A program made the position numbers and the translations under genes. A stretch of 64,000 nt of DNA from Lepidodermella squamata (lineage: Eukaryota; Animalia; Gastrotricha). Position 1 is the stretch's first letter. Each line of letters opens with the position of its first letter. Under the pieces are notes generated by a model that saw only the letters and a list, made by a program, of their open reading frames with translations, was not told where the DNA came from and searched no databases. Below, in pieces: positions 48,801 through 63,200 of the stretch. The DNA lies in NCBI GenBank assembly GCA_047495785.1, contig JBLDXI010000007.1, forward strand, positions 682,001 to 746,000, written 5' to 3'.

Positions 48801-51800
48801 AAAATTTTACATCACCATGACGCGTATTGCACTAATTTTTGTTCAGCCATGCATACCTTTCATTTCATCGTGGATAGGAATAAGCTTATTTCAGGGCCCG
48901 CAAAAAGATTATCTTATGGGACAGGAAAACTAAGCTGGAGGGTAGTTGTTAGACGTTGCGAGTTTTGGTTAATTCTTCGGCTGGTTCACTCTGATCAGTA
49001 CGTTCTTAATGTTAGGTTAATATTTCAAACAATTCGTAAAACACGAGAGAGCAGGATAGTATACAAAGGAATTCGGATCACGCATAAAGTTTTCACGAAC
49101 AATGGACCTGAAAGAAAGGATATGTACGGTACAGTTTCATTCGACATTATGGCTACCAGCGGAAGGGATAATCAAGACATTCAATGGTTATCCAAGGAAT
49201 TGTTCTTCGCAGGCCAGTCTTTTGCTTCATTTCTAGTTTTCATGCTTTTTCATGGACCGGTCCTGGCTTGTTTCGTATTACTATCTCTTTTCAATAGCGC
49301 TGGTCCTCAAATTATGACATCGGATTTCTACAAATCCGCAATAATATGTCAAATTTTGCACATGATAATTGTACCGTTGATCCAGAGCTTAAAGCCGGGC
49401 ACCGTCGAAAGATGGCGCAAACTTATACTGGAAGTCAACATTTATCTCAAGAAACGCATTTTCGAGCGAAAAAGGGAAGGAAAATGATCAGAAGATGCTG
49501 TTTCAACTTTCTAGTTTCAATTCAATGTTCAATAAAAAAGTCATGTTTTCTGACCGCTGCGATCTTGTCATGAATCATGAAAGAAACAATTTAACAAAAC
49601 AGAATGCTCTCAATTTCGAGCCGTGTGAACACGACGGAGCACCAGGAAATCCGTTGCGCCTATGCCATTATGCATGAATTCCATTCCACAGCTTTCTTGA
49701 AATAGGAGGAGCTTTTAGCGAAACTGAACAGCCTACTAGTTCAAACTATGAAGTTGTTTACCAGCAGACATAGCGCGTAGTTTCAATTTTGTTCCGTTAT
49801 ACATATTTCAGACTATTCAACAAAATTATTGACGTCGAGTACGCTACCATACCTTCTGGTATTAAAGAGCTAAACAGTGCTTATAATGGCTAATGGCTGA
49901 GAATGTATTAATCCTCTCTTGTTCATTTAGGTTTTCGAACTATGAATAAATCCCAGGATGGATCGTGGATTTTTGCCATTATTCCAGGACGGGATTTCGA
50001 CAACGGCAGGCTGTGGTTCATAGGTACCATGAATAGCCCAAGCCAAGATTTCTCCAATCGCTTGGCTTACACAACAGTTTTTTGGGTATTAACGCTATTA
50101 GCCGCAGTTGCAAACACATGGAACGTTTATATCTACCATAAGCGTAGGGTGAAACCACTTTTTCTTATTCTTGTGACCATGCTAGCTGTTGCGAACGTCA
50201 CATTTTGCATCGCTTTCTCAGCGCTGATGACAATAACGACTCCAAGAGGCTACTGGGAAGTCAGTTCGGCATCATGCACAGCTATTTGCTTTATAATCTT
50301 CATCACCTCCGGATACAGTTGCGCGATCATGATGCTGATTAGCTATGAACGTCGAGTTTGCATTGTCTCTATGACGCCAAATGCGAAGGCCAATGTCCCA
50401 AAGGTGACAATTAATTGAAAATATAGGTATGTACATTTCAAGTGCCTTTCATTCTCAAGACTTTAGCCATGGCTTTTGCGCTACTCATCCTCCTCATTCT
50501 GATCTGCACCCCACTTGTTATTTACCCTTACGGAATCTCTGTTCAACACTTGGCAATCGTGGGTCATACGGAGAACGAAACTCTTCTGGCTCCCTTCTGC
50601 AGTATGTTCGATCACAGAGTAGGTAGCACGGATCTTTCGGCTATAAGGATCACATTAACAGCTCTGGCAGTAGCAGTTCCAGGAGGGATTTTGGCTAGGA
50701 ACTATTGGTAAGAGAACGATTTTCAAGTTATTAGATCAATTAGCAATGTTGCGTCTCTGAATTGCTGAAAATATGAGGTCAGGAGGGGTAAATTTTGCAT
50801 CTCGCTTCGGGCTGACGATGAATTTATCTAAGCCGCCCTTTTGGCATCATAGAAACTTACACGCAAACCTTTCATGGCTAAACAGAAATTTCTTAGGTAT
50901 AGAGCAGTTATACTCGGGAAATCATCGATTTGATATCTGGAAGATAAAATTGGAAATCTTACGGGGGTATCAAATTTCATTTAATTCAATACCCAATCAT
51001 TTATTCGGCTTTTAACTGGTTAGGGTTAGTTTAGGGTTAGGGTTCGCCAGATAAAATTACTATACCTAATACTGCTAAAGAGTTCACATTATTTAACCCA
51101 AGTCGATCTTACAAGTACGTTTTCAATGGTACATGCTAAAATCCACTCAACATATTTCAGATCAACAAAGTTGTGCTGAGCCATTTTTCACGTGACAAAT
51201 TCATTTTTAGGATAATCTTCAAAACGATTCGAAAAACGCGCGAAGCCATTGCGAGCAAAGGTCCTGAACGAACGGATACATTACGAACAATGTCATTCTC
51301 TTCCGCTTCAAGTAGAAGGGAGAATCAAGGAAGTCAATGGTTATCCAAGGAATTATTCTTCGCAAGCCAAACGCTTGCTTCATTTCTAGTTTTCATGCTT
51401 TTTCACGGACCGATTGTGGTTTGCTTCGCACTGCAGACAATTTTCGATGGAGCTGGCCCTCAAATTTTGACATCTGATTTGTATAAATCAGCTGTAATAT
51501 GTCAGATTCTATACATGATTATTGTACCGGTAATCCAGAGCTTAAAGCCAGGAACCGTCGAAAGATGGCGAAAAATCATCTTGGAATTCAAAATCCATCT
51601 CAAGAAACGCATTTTCAGGCGAAGAGTTGGAGAATTATGATGAGATAGTTCTGCCTAGTTTCAATTTAAACTCACTCAACAAATACTGGAATAGAGCGAT
51701 GTAGTTCAAATACGACTGAAAACGATCGTCCAAAGTTGGTCCACTCTAAAAGATTAGATTCACAAAATAATAATGATGCCGTATTTTCCCGGGAATTAAG

Positions 51801-52361
51801 TTCTTACTTGTACTTTCGCCAACATGTGGCGGTGGTACAGCTCTTGATACAGCATCAGAAATACAGCGTCGTCCTTAACAATCGGCTTGATGACATCAGA
51901 CGCCGGCCATGGGGTGTTCTGGTAGTACTGCTCGGTCAAATGCGGGAAGCCGGTTTCGTAATGACACAAAATTTCTTCAACATTTCCGGCGCTAATTGAA
52001 CGGTGCATCAGTACGATGAACCGAACAACGGCATCGGGAACAACCGGGTGCAGCAGGCGGCAAAACTGCTCGAGCTCAGCGTCAGCGCCTGGATAAGCTG
52101 TAATAACACCACTTTTTACTGACTTCAAGGCGGGTATTTCCGAAAATTACCATGGTATGACGCAGATTGGTCATGGAAAGATTGGGGGTACATTTGAGCA
52201 GCAGAAATTGGTGGAACAGGGGCATTCTGGTGGTAATAACCGTCGTGCTGCAAATTTTAATACAAATAACCTTCACCAATCAATCATCGACTTCAACCTA
52301 CTTGACCCATCGACATATCCTGCATTGACTGATCAAAGCCGTAGAACATAGGGGCAGCCAT
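42848..52361 (-). CDS. eIF3L: Eukaryotic translation initiation factor 3 subunit L (595 aa predicted); exons 52302-52361, 52151-52247, 51808-52097, 51676-51745, 44371-45283, 42848-43205
   Basis: Signature segments NTPWP, DAVFLMLYQELYHRH, GPTLDDRFQSYLNY, LPNQWLWDIIDEFLYQFQS, YYVGFAYMMMRRYRDAI, ACPKFLSP, YLKLYT. All introns are GT-AG and in phase (1788 nt). Confidence 0.96.
46209..47431 (+). CDS. Divergent 7TM GPCR-like paralog A, nested in eIF3L intron; exons 46209-46670, 46728-46972, 47029-47431
   Basis: Hydrophobic helices, ECL1 W..C (FWEFDSFSC), ISYER (DRY-equivalent), TM6 FHVP. In-phase GT-AG introns. Confidence 0.82.
47859..49487 (+). CDS. Divergent 7TM GPCR-like paralog B; exons 47859-48320, 48372-48619, 49016-49487
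   Basis: Same exon structure and motifs as paralog A (ISYERR, LARNYW, FHGP). Confidence 0.82.
49942..51640 (+). CDS. Divergent 7TM GPCR-like paralog C; exons 49942-50403, 50460-50707, 51211-51640
   Basis: Same exon structure and motifs as A and B; closest to B. Confidence 0.82.
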
Positions 52362-53567
52362 GTTATCACTTCTTCGCTATTCGTATTACTTCAAACAGTG
52401 AAACTTGAAAATTAAACCTAAAATAATGCAAAAGGCACCTGTTATTTTTCAACATTTCTACTCTCCTTTTTATCTCACTCTAGAAATGACCGGAAATTCA
52501 CACCAAATAGAGAGAAACATAGCGTTTTTTCTGTTTGCTCTTTTTACAAGGCGTCAACGCGATCATCGTTTAACGGAAGCACTATGTTTCATCTTGTGCG
52601 AATCGTTAAAATTATTTTTTCGAAGAATCATTTCAGAAACAAATAAAATAAACGCAATTTCCAGAGTTAGAAAGATGTTTAGATCGATGAAATAAAATAG
52701 TCCGTTCTAGTATATGTACAAACCGCGATGAAAGAAGATATAAAAATAAAGTTGTGAAATTTTTCCATTCGCAAAAGATGGCTGACGATGTGGCGTTAAT
52801 TCGATTGATAATTAAACACGAAATCATCATCTACAACCACAAGGGTCAGCTACTAGGTATATAATAGGAACTGTACAGAGCAGTTTCGGACGAGCAATGA
52901 AATCGACATGGCTGAAATGAACAGTGTCTACGACGAACGCTGAGGTTTGATAAAGTTCACTTGCTAAGAGAAAAAAAAAGAAACAACCACAACTCGAGTA
53001 CAAAAATGACCACTATACTCGCACAAAACAACACTGATAAAAATTGGATATATTTATGCTATTGAATAATGATTGAAAAAACTGCATTTTTGATGTATTT
53101 GTTCGAGAACAACTTCAGGTGTAAAAAATAATGATGAAAAGCTGATAGGTTGGATTATCAGGTGCACAAAATGACGAGAATAAGAAAGAGAGTAAGAGAG
53201 AGATAGAGAGATAACAAAACTTTTCACTCAAATTTACGATCACAGCAAGCTAGAGTGAGCACGCCTAGTCTCATACTTTACATAATTCTGATTTATAATT
53301 AAATTATTTCTTCACGTGATTGCTACATCATCGACACGAAGCTTGCTTCTTCATAAGAAATCGGCAACTAAAATCGAAACTAACCGGTAAAATAATTACA
53401 AATAAAACAGCCAAATTTAATAGCTTTGAATTAAGGTAGGTTAAAAAACAGGGGTTGAATCAAACATGCATAAGACTGCTTTGGTGGGCACAAAAAGTAC
53501 ATCAATAAAACGATTGAAGAGGAAGAGATCCTGTTATATGACCAAAAATATTGAAATAAGTAAATGA

Positions 53568-56500
53568 TTAGACAAGGGACGAATTGCCATCAATTGTTTG
53601 TTTATGATAGCCATTCGAAGTTATGACGTCGTTAACCGTAGCTGAACGTTGTTTCATCTCGTTGCCGGCGTTTGCATCCATTACGTTGTAAACATTTGCA
53701 ATTGCTTTCTCATTGGTATTCGATTGGCGCGGGGACATGTTTTTCAGGCTGTCACGCTTCTGCTGATCCAACATTTCGTCTTCGTCATCACTTCCGTCTT
53801 CCGACTCGTCTTCGGCAGCGACTTTCTTCGAAACACTCGAGTGAATAGCGCTAGGCGCTGTGCCCAACTGCTCGGCCGGTGATAACGTGCCGTAGTAGGA
53901 CAGCTTGAGAAAATCGGGGCGGAGGCCCGGCAAGAGCTCACGTACAATATCAACAAAGGAAGGGCGTTCATTCGGCTTGTATTGCCAGCAGCGAAGCATG
54001 AGATTATAAAACTTGTCCGGACAACTACGCAAATTCAAATCATTTTACAGCAGATTTTGGCGTAATTTAGAATGACTTACTTCTTTGGCTTGTTGAGAAC
54101 TTGCCGATGCTGTTTGACAGCTTCCAGCACTTCCTCGTTCGATTTGCCCTGATAAGGCTGCTCACCGTATGTTACTATTTCCCACAGCAGAACGCCTTGA
54201 AAAAAAATAAAGTTGAAAAAATTGGAAAAAATCCACCTTAAAATTTCTTACCATATGCCCATACGTCTGAATTAGTGTCGAAAATGCCGTCTTTCAGCGA
54301 CTCGGGCGCCATCCACCTAATAGGCAATAGACCTCGCCCGTTAAGGTGGTAGTAGCCATCGTCGTAAACATCGCGAGCAAGGCCGAAATCGCCGATTTTA
54401 ACGGTACGATCCCTGGAAACGAGGCAATTACGCGCGGCTAAATCGCGATGCACAATCTTCTTTCCGGATAAATAAGCCATTCCATCAGCGATTTCGCCCG
54501 CCATTTGAGTAATATCAGCAACAGTCAAACAACCGGGAGAGGCCATTTTAGCAGAACCGGCCGCAGGCAGGAGAATTTGCGGTCCGTTGCCCGACAAATT
54601 CTCCGAGCGTTGTTTTACGAGAAAGGCTTTCAAGTCGCCATTTTCCATCAGCTCCATGACAACATAAACCGGTTGCGTTTTCGATACGACACCAATCATT
54701 CGCACAACATGGTGGCAATCTAAACTGGCCATCAACAGCGCTTCGTGTAGAAATTCATGCCGCTGACGGGCCGAAGCGTCGCATCTCAAGCTCTTGATAG
54801 CGACTTGACTGCGACTTCGCTTCTCGTTGCCGTTCGACTGCTTGAAAATGCCTCGATAAACTACGCCGAATGTACCGTGGCCGATTTCGGCTAATACTTC
54901 GATATCCTCCCGTTCGAGCTCCAAATGCGATGGAATATCAACAGCAGATAATAATGGATATTCCTAAACAAATGAAATTGAAAAAAATTTCCTAAAATTT
55001 GTGCCTTAAAAATTACCGGATTCATAGAAATCCAGTCTGGAGCTTTTGTCTGTTTCCTTCGCAAGAAGAATGCGTACCACGTCATTAGACCGGCCGATAT
55101 TAGAAGAAGCGAGATTGATAGACCGATGGAGAGGGCCATGATAAACGGAACGTTCTTGACCATGCCGTCATATTCTTTAGGCGGGGAGAACTCGGCCTTC
55201 ATTTCGCCGGTAATAACTCGAACTTCGAGCTCATATTTCGGCTCATGAACCGGCAGCAATACTACGATGGGTTGGCCATTATCCTCGTAATCGACGCATT
55301 TCGGCGTCCAGTCTTTCCAACCGATGCCTCGGTAACGGAATTCGAACGCGAAAACTGGGCCGTTCGTAATATTTGGCCGTTTGACCGTGATTTGACGGTA
55401 GCTTCTGCTGTCTCGAGTTTCCAAGTCTTCCGCGACTTCGATCATGTCAAGCGTTATCTTATCAGCATCTTGCCTCGCTTCAGTTCTAAAATGGACACCA
55501 GACGCACTCAGAGCTGTTGAGCATAAATATTGGAACTGCTTAGGGCCAGCCAGAGGAATAATTTCTTGGCCACCTTGGCGTTTAATGACTTCCTCGGGAG
55601 ATAAGCAAGCCTTAATCTCGAACTTGTAATAAGTGAAGTGCTGCAGATTTTCAACAGTGATCTCGTTGTTGCAAACTACCAGTGGGCCACCATCGAATTT
55701 AGCCTTAGGATCGACAACAAGACTCAGTAAATCATTGCCAATCAGCGTCATGCGCAATTCTTGGCAAAACACGTCGTCTTTATCTGATTTCTTGGGCTGG
55801 TCGTTACGCAAGTAGAAAGGTAGATAAGACTCAGATTGCTTTTCAGGCGAGCTTTCGTCCGTAAAATCAGGGGCTATCCCTTTCTCGAAAAATGGCTCAA
55901 TATTCCGCTTCTGTCGCGCTTTTTCCTCTGCAATCTGCTGCTTGGCTAAATAAAAATAAAAATTGATAAGCCACCTTAATTTCAGAACATGTATTAAACA
56001 AACCTGTTGAGTTGTCATTTGCATGGTAATCTTGCTGGAAAGGCGTTGCCTTTGTAACGAAGTTCACTATAGCCTTGTGAAAGTCATGGATACGAGCGGC
56101 GGCGTCGTCACTTCCGTCGTCCAAGGGTGGTTTGAAGTCAAAAATGGGGTTCATTGTCGTGGTTGTTGTCGAATGAGGCAAGAGTCTCAAGCCAGGCGCG
56201 GAGCATTTATTAGTACCAGTCGGCACATTGCTGAAGGCATTTTCGTCCTTACCGAAACGTACAATGTAATGAGTGACGTTTCCGTTGGGGAAAGATGGCG
56301 CAGGCCAGTGGATTGTGATAGAATCAGGACTAGTTCTCAAAACTTCCGCCGCTAGACCAGCCCCCCAAACTGGCGTGGCTGAGATTGTCTTGAACTTGAT
56401 TATTTCAGATAAAGCGATTTTGCCGTCCAGATATTGAGCCATTACGTAAATCCCATGATATTGGCTAAATTTAGAAACAAATTATTAAAAAATTAAGTTG

Positions 56501-58343
56501 GATTCGCATAGACTTGCTTAGGATTCAGGCGATCAGGGGTAGAAACATTCGTAGTAAAAAGCTTTTGGCCATTGATCACCCGCCAATGATCTGGATTCGA
56601 GTAATTGGCAACTTGGACGACGTGTCGCTTCCATTCGCCCTCGCCATCGCAATAGGCCGGGTCGTAATATGTCAAATTCGCTAAAGGGCTCTTGATTTCT
56701 TGATGGTAGACGAACAACGTGAGCAACTGGTCATAGTTAGATAAATTGAACGCGACTAGTGGATACACCTGCCATGTCGAGCGGTTTCCTTCATTGTTCT
56801 TCGCCACTCGCTCAGTGAACTGATCTAAAACGAGGACTGGTTTGACAGGTATCGAGCCGCAATAGCCGCGGTCTCCATTTCCCTCTTGGATAATTCGAGC
56901 ATTTGGCGATAGGACCAAGTGTTTGAGAAAGCGGTCAATCTCGCTCTGACACAGCCGTGGATTGTGGGCAATCGAGATGTTGCCGTTGCGGATTACTAGT
57001 CGGCCGGTTTTGGGCGTCCACAGCCGTTGTAAAAACTCGTTGCTGTGAATAGTCAGGCACTGCCCAGACATGCAACCCATCGAGCCGATTTCCCGCAACG
57101 ATGCAAACATGCCCAAGTCTTGAATTCGCTCTGATCGATACACCTTAAGAGATCCGGTGATGTTGCGTAGAGAAGAAAATTTCGGAGCCAGCCTGTTCAG
57201 CTTAGCTAGAGGCATTCCCTCGACATTGAGCACCAAATTTCCAACAATGTCAGTATACGATTCGGGCGGGAAATCGCCATCGTACATGATAGTTCTATTA
57301 GCCACATCAACCCGCCGGCATTCATCCTCGTCGCATGGCACACATCTAGCCTTATCATTCGGGTCGTCATTAGTTTCAGAAGGGCAACGAGCCAAACATC
57401 GTGGGATCAAATCGCTCTCTTTAAAAATTTTGAAATTTTTCTCGCGGCAAAATTCTTCTGAAACACAGTAATGGTCGTAAAGCTCGAGAGTATTTGGCGG
57501 GCAGGACATTGATTCGTTCAGGCATAGACCGGTATCGATGATCATCAAATGCCTACAGCCGACGCAGTCCGCTGCTGTAGGCCCTGTACAACTGCCAACG
57601 CAGGTCGGGTCGCAAACCATGCTGATATTATCCAGGTTGCAATATGTTTTAACTTTCGTTTCAAGCTGCTTGCACTCGTACTGGCACGCGGTTGACGACC
57701 AACAGTGCTGTAAGCTATCTTTCCACACGGGGCAGTGTACAGGGCATACAGTGTCCCAGATGCTTTCCTCGCGTAGATGCCGAAATTTCTGGTCGATTTT
57801 TTCGGAAATCGCATTTCTAGAAGTTATCGCATCCCAGTTGACTGATATTATGTAACTCAGCTCCTCGCCTAAAATTTCGATGAAGCCTTCCAAATGAGCA
57901 AGTCTTGTCAAATTTATAAGCCGAAAGCTGAAAATACATTTTAAGAAGTTAGTAAGTAGACACAGAATTATAATTATAATTTACTTTCTGTTCTCTGACA
58001 TGTAGATGGCAGTCCTCAACTCGTTGTTGACCGAACGTATGCGCATAACCGTCAAATTAGGAAAAAGATGACCCAAGGATAGGGGTCCTTCGTTCGCAAA
58101 CATGCTCAGCTCACCAACGATTTCGGTTAAGTTCGACAGCGGCGTGAAGTTAGCAGTAAAATCAGCGTTCATTATGACGATATTTCCGTAGAAAATGTTG
58201 CATTCGCGCATCGCGTCGAGGTCCTCGGGCCGCGCGAACATCGCGCCCCCATCTGCCATGCATAACCGCCGCTTGCCGCCATACGCCACAGAACAGATGA
58301 GACCAAACAGGACAGCAAGAACCAAAAGTGGTCTCACTTTCAT
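53568..58343 (-). CDS. InR: Insulin/IGF receptor-like tyrosine kinase, copy 1 (complete, multi-exon)
   Basis: Signal peptide, L1, Cys-rich furin-like region, L2 (HNPRLC), FnIII, RQKR cleavage site, TM, NP|[49 protein letters not shown]. Confidence 0.95.
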
Positions 58344-60294
58344 AACCTTACACTGTTAACATTTTCTTGCGAGAAAAATTCTAGGCAACTAGAAATTCCC
58401 AAGTATAAACATCTTCGTATTATTAAAGGACACATCTTTTGGTAATCAATCGCCTTTAGCTCTCATTCCAATACCAACAATACAGTACAGTGTTTGCGAT
58501 CAATTCTTTCCGGTCGATTGCGGCAGGTAGTAAGATACAATGCTGATCACATTCAATGACAAATTATATTACGCCGCGCGTTAATATATTAGTAATTTGC
58601 TTTCATTTTTTACGAGCGCATTAATCTTACAAGCTGCGTTTTTTACCCGCTCAATCGGCTATACTAGACAGCGCCGAAATAAAATCTATTTCCAGGCAGC
58701 ACTGATACGGCTACTTACAGCAAATTGAATAGGTCTTCGATTTCGCGCCAGTAAAAAAACATGTTTACGCAGCGGGAAGAGGGCTACTTACTATGCGCGG
58801 CGAAAAATGATGCGCGAACTCTCCGCTTTCTCAATGGAGGCTTAGAAAACACAAACGATAATGCGCAAAATATCCTACATGGACTTACATATAGGTAGGA
58901 TGAGCCAAAATTGACAAGAAATCGAAATCCTAATAGAAAAGTTGGTAGAAGTATTGTAAAAGTAATCTGGGCATGAGTAAAAAGTGAGACAGCAGTTAAC
59001 TAAAAAATACAGCGAAAATAGACATCATATTTTTTATATGAAGTACTTAATGAGAAGTCTGCAAATCTCGTGGGGGTTTTCTTTCCGCGGGGCCAAGCGT
59101 AATCCATCTTATGGATAGCGCCGAGCGATCGATATTGCGCGCACTTGGCGGCGGAAGAAAGCCATAATAAATCCATCATCATTTTAACAAAATCCTAAGA
59201 AAAATATTAAAAATTTAATATAAACATTGCAGCAACGAAGGCCGTAAATACGTCTATTCCTTTTTTTCTGAACATTATATCGAGAAAACGAAAAAAAGCA
59301 CACACTTTCGACGCCAGTGATTCACTCTCTCTTTGGTTCAGTTAGGTTTCCTTTTAACAGGAATGATGAAGAAAAATAAAAATTTCTGGAAAAAAAATTG
59401 CCGCAAGAAAAAACGAATCGGAAAGGAAAAATTCAAGTACCATCAAGGATCAATAAATTATCTATATAATGAAGATAGGTTAATCATTTCTTTCTATCTA
59501 ATAGGTAGGTGGCACGAAACATGAGCACAAGTTCATCAATTTCCAAAACTGGAGTAACAGCACAATATCAATTTTCTCGAGAGGAAAGAAAGGGAAACAC
59601 ACTAACAGGGTCATTTCATTTTTTTAATAGAAAAGTATCAAAATATGTACAATAAATCACTCTGAGATCATCATCACTCTTTTTACATCCATCGTGTCAG
59701 TGTGCTTATACGTAATACGAACGAAATTTCCCACAGGCCGTTTCTACGTCTTTCACTTCATTAACTACTAAATTCAGACAGTGGAGAGGATTTAAGATTT
59801 AATTACGTGCGAAATAAAGGAGAGCAGCTACAATGAGGATGTGCTTATACATTTATTAGGTACGCCGATGACTAAGTTATTACACTAAATTTTAGCAAAA
59901 AAAGAGCAGCAGCAGTCAGATTGTATTCACTTACGTCGCCAACTTGTGTATTGCGAGGCGTTCATCAATGGCGAAACAAAAATATAAAATCTACGGACAA
60001 TATATGAAAAGAGTGCTAAGTTGTTTTTCTTTTTTAATTTAAGGATATCGCATTTTTTTATAGCAGATTATTCATTATTTTTTGAAGAATAGCACGCTTC
60101 GCGATGATTTTTTACAGAAAAAATAAACTGGATGGTCAAAACTGTACTTCAAGACAAAATATTTGCACATTTTCTTTCAACACCATCAAAAAACCGTATG
60201 CGAAAAAAATACACAAGTGAAATTACGCGCGTTGTAAAAACCGGGAAAGGAAATCAGAAGCGTGAATGCCAACAAAAAAATTGGGAATTCAGCG

Positions 60295-63200
60295 TCAAAG
60301 AATATTGCTGAACTGATAGACGTTTTGTTGGGGCTGAGTTGCACCACTTTGAGACATAGCGGCGGATAGTCCCGACGCGCCTGCGAATGAAGATTTGCCA
60401 TTGCTGCCTTCGTCGCCGAAGCGAACGCGGGAATTGCTTCTCACTGGCGAGCTTTTCGCGCCGCCGAGAAGTTTTTCGCTCGGATCGTCGCTGTTATCTT
60501 CGAGCTTGTCGTCGGAATGCACACTGAGCATCGGACTTCCATTACCCGCTGTCGAGCTGCTGGAATCACTCGCTCTACTCAAAGAGGGCTGGATTCCGGA
60601 ATCTGACGGTGCTTTCGTATTTTCCAGTATAGTTGACCCGTAATAGGACACTTTGAGGAAATCTGGTCGAAGACCGGGAAGAAGTTCGCGCACGATATCT
60701 ATGAACGAGGGGCGTTCAGTAGGTTTATACTGCCAGCAGCGTAACATTAGATTATAGAACTTGTCGGGACAACTGGCAGTAATAGCAAGATTAATTATAG
60801 CATTCGAAAAAAATTGAGAACTCACTTTTTAGGTTTATTAAGAACTTGTCGGTGCTGCTTCACAGCTTCCAACACCTCTTCATTTGATTTGCCTTGGTAG
60901 GGTTGCTCGCCATATGTGACGATTTCCCACAGGAGGACACCTAGGAAATAAATCGGTCATCACTATCATATCATAAAAGGGTTTTGGGTAGCCTCGCAAC
61001 GGAACGATGTAAAAACAACGGCGCAGTTGATTGTATTTCAATTACGTCAATAAATCGCATTACATCAAAAATAGAATAGCGACAATTTAAATCATTTCCT
61101 TCTATAAATGCCGCATCAGTCTCTTGACACGCTATTTCCTGCATTTTGATGGGCTTTTTTGGCAGAACTATTTCTATTAGAGACGAAATTTTCCTTCAAA
61201 AATTATTTTAAATTTCTTATTCAATTTTTTCTACCATTTTAATAATCGAAAAATCGACATACCGAAAGACCAAACATCGGAATTAGTATCGAAGACGCCA
61301 TCACGAAGACTTTCAGGTGCCATCCACCTGATTGGAAGAAGAGCTCGGCCATGCAAATGGTAGTAATTATCGTCGTAAACATCGCGCGCCAGACCGAAAT
61401 CGCCGAGTTTCACCGTTCGGTCACGTGCCACGAGACAATTACGTGCCGCCAGATCACGATGCACGATTTTCTTGGCGGCTAGATACGCCAACCCGTCAGC
61501 AACCTCACCGGCCATTTGTGTGAAATCAGACACGCTCAAAGAGCCCGCAGTGCCAGTCGACCTGCCAAACACCAAGCTACTTCCACCACCTGATGCATTG
61601 GCGTTGTGAGCTGAAGATACATTTTGAGCGCTCGAAGTAATTATATTATCAGGCCGGTGTTTGACGAGGAAGCTCTTCAGATCACCGTTGTCCATCAGCT
61701 CCATGACAACGTTGATTGGCTGGGTGCGAGAAACAACGCCCTTCAACCGGACAATGTGATGGCAATCTAGACCAGCTAAAATCAGGGCTTCGTGTAAGAA
61801 ATCGTGCTTTTGCCGCAAACTGGCGTCGCCACGCAGGCTTTTCACCGCAACTTGGCAACGTTTTGAAGTTAAACTTCCGCCGACCTTTAACAGTCCGCGA
61901 TATACAACACCAAACGAACCTCGCCCTACCTCGGCGAGCACTTCTATATCATCACGGTCGAGTTCAAGCTCACTTGGAATGTCGATCGAAGTTAGCAGCG
62001 GATAGTCAGGGTTCATCGAAATCCAGTCAGGAGTGGCTATTCCATCCTTTGCGATTTCGTTGCGCTTCCGTCTTAACACAAATGCATACCATGTTAGAAG
62101 GCCGGCAGATATCAGCAGCAGACCAGCAGATGTTCCTATTGCAACGGACATAACTTTTGGAATATCGGCATCCACGCCACTGAATTCGAAAATTTCCGAA
62201 TAATTGCCCAGACCATTCAACGTTTCGACAGCTATATCAGCCTCGTACTTCGTGTGGTAGACTGGGATTGAGTGGGTAACAACAGATTTTTTCGGATCAT
62301 CATCTATGCAAACTTCGTGCATTTCTTCGTTGGAACCAGCTGGTCGGTAACGGAAACTGAAGAATAGAATTCGTCCGTTGATCAGAGACGGCTTCTCAAT
62401 CGTTAGCTGGCGATGGGCTCGCGCATTCTCTGTCAGGATATACTGACTCTCCTTGACGTACTCTTTCAGCATGACATCGGCGTGAGGGTGAGCTGCAGTT
62501 CTCTCCGTAAAATAAATCGGCTCGGAACAAAGATATTCGTTAGTCTCGAAATCCGGGTCAAAACACGCGCGTATTTCGAATTTGTACTTCGTGAAATGGG
62601 TCAGATTGGCGACTAGAATTGACGGATTGCAGACAATTTCGAGAGAACTCGACGGGTTTTTCGTCGAGTATGCGTTAACTCGATTTTGAACTGCTGAAAT
62701 CGTCGCCTGGCATCGCTCAGCAGCTTCTTGCTTCTTCAATACCATGTAATCCGCCGCATCAGCTGATCGTCGCTTGCGTGTTCCACCTGTTTGTTGAGAG
62801 CTGTAGGTGCCGTAGTTCGAGCCGAATTTAGTCAAATCGGTGAAATCGCCACCAAGCACGTCATGCACTGAAATCGCATTTCTGCGTTTCATATCCTCGT
62901 ATTCATCGGCGTTGACATCCGGTGGTTGATCTTTGTTAGGCTGCTTTTGGAATAATGCCGCAATCATCATGTTGACATTTTGATTGTTTTCCGACTCGCC
63001 GCATCCTGAATTCGAATAGTCGGATGGGTCGATGAAATGTTGGACAGGCGCAGTCAACGGATTCGCATCCGCTGGCGAGTACATCAAGTTATTTCGCCGA
63101 TTGATAAATCGACTTCGATCGACACATCCGTGCCAATCCAGCGGAGATAGGGTAAAATTTGTTTCCCAGTACCTCACAACATAATGAGTGATGAAGCCAT

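Noticed and set aside
48744-49015. N-terminal extension of the 247-aa ORF
   Set aside because: Intron sequence; homology with paralogs A and C begins at the acceptor at 49016.
51018-51043. Interstitial telomere (TTAGGG)n
   Set aside because: Only about four imperfect units inside an intron; more likely a small repeat remnant.
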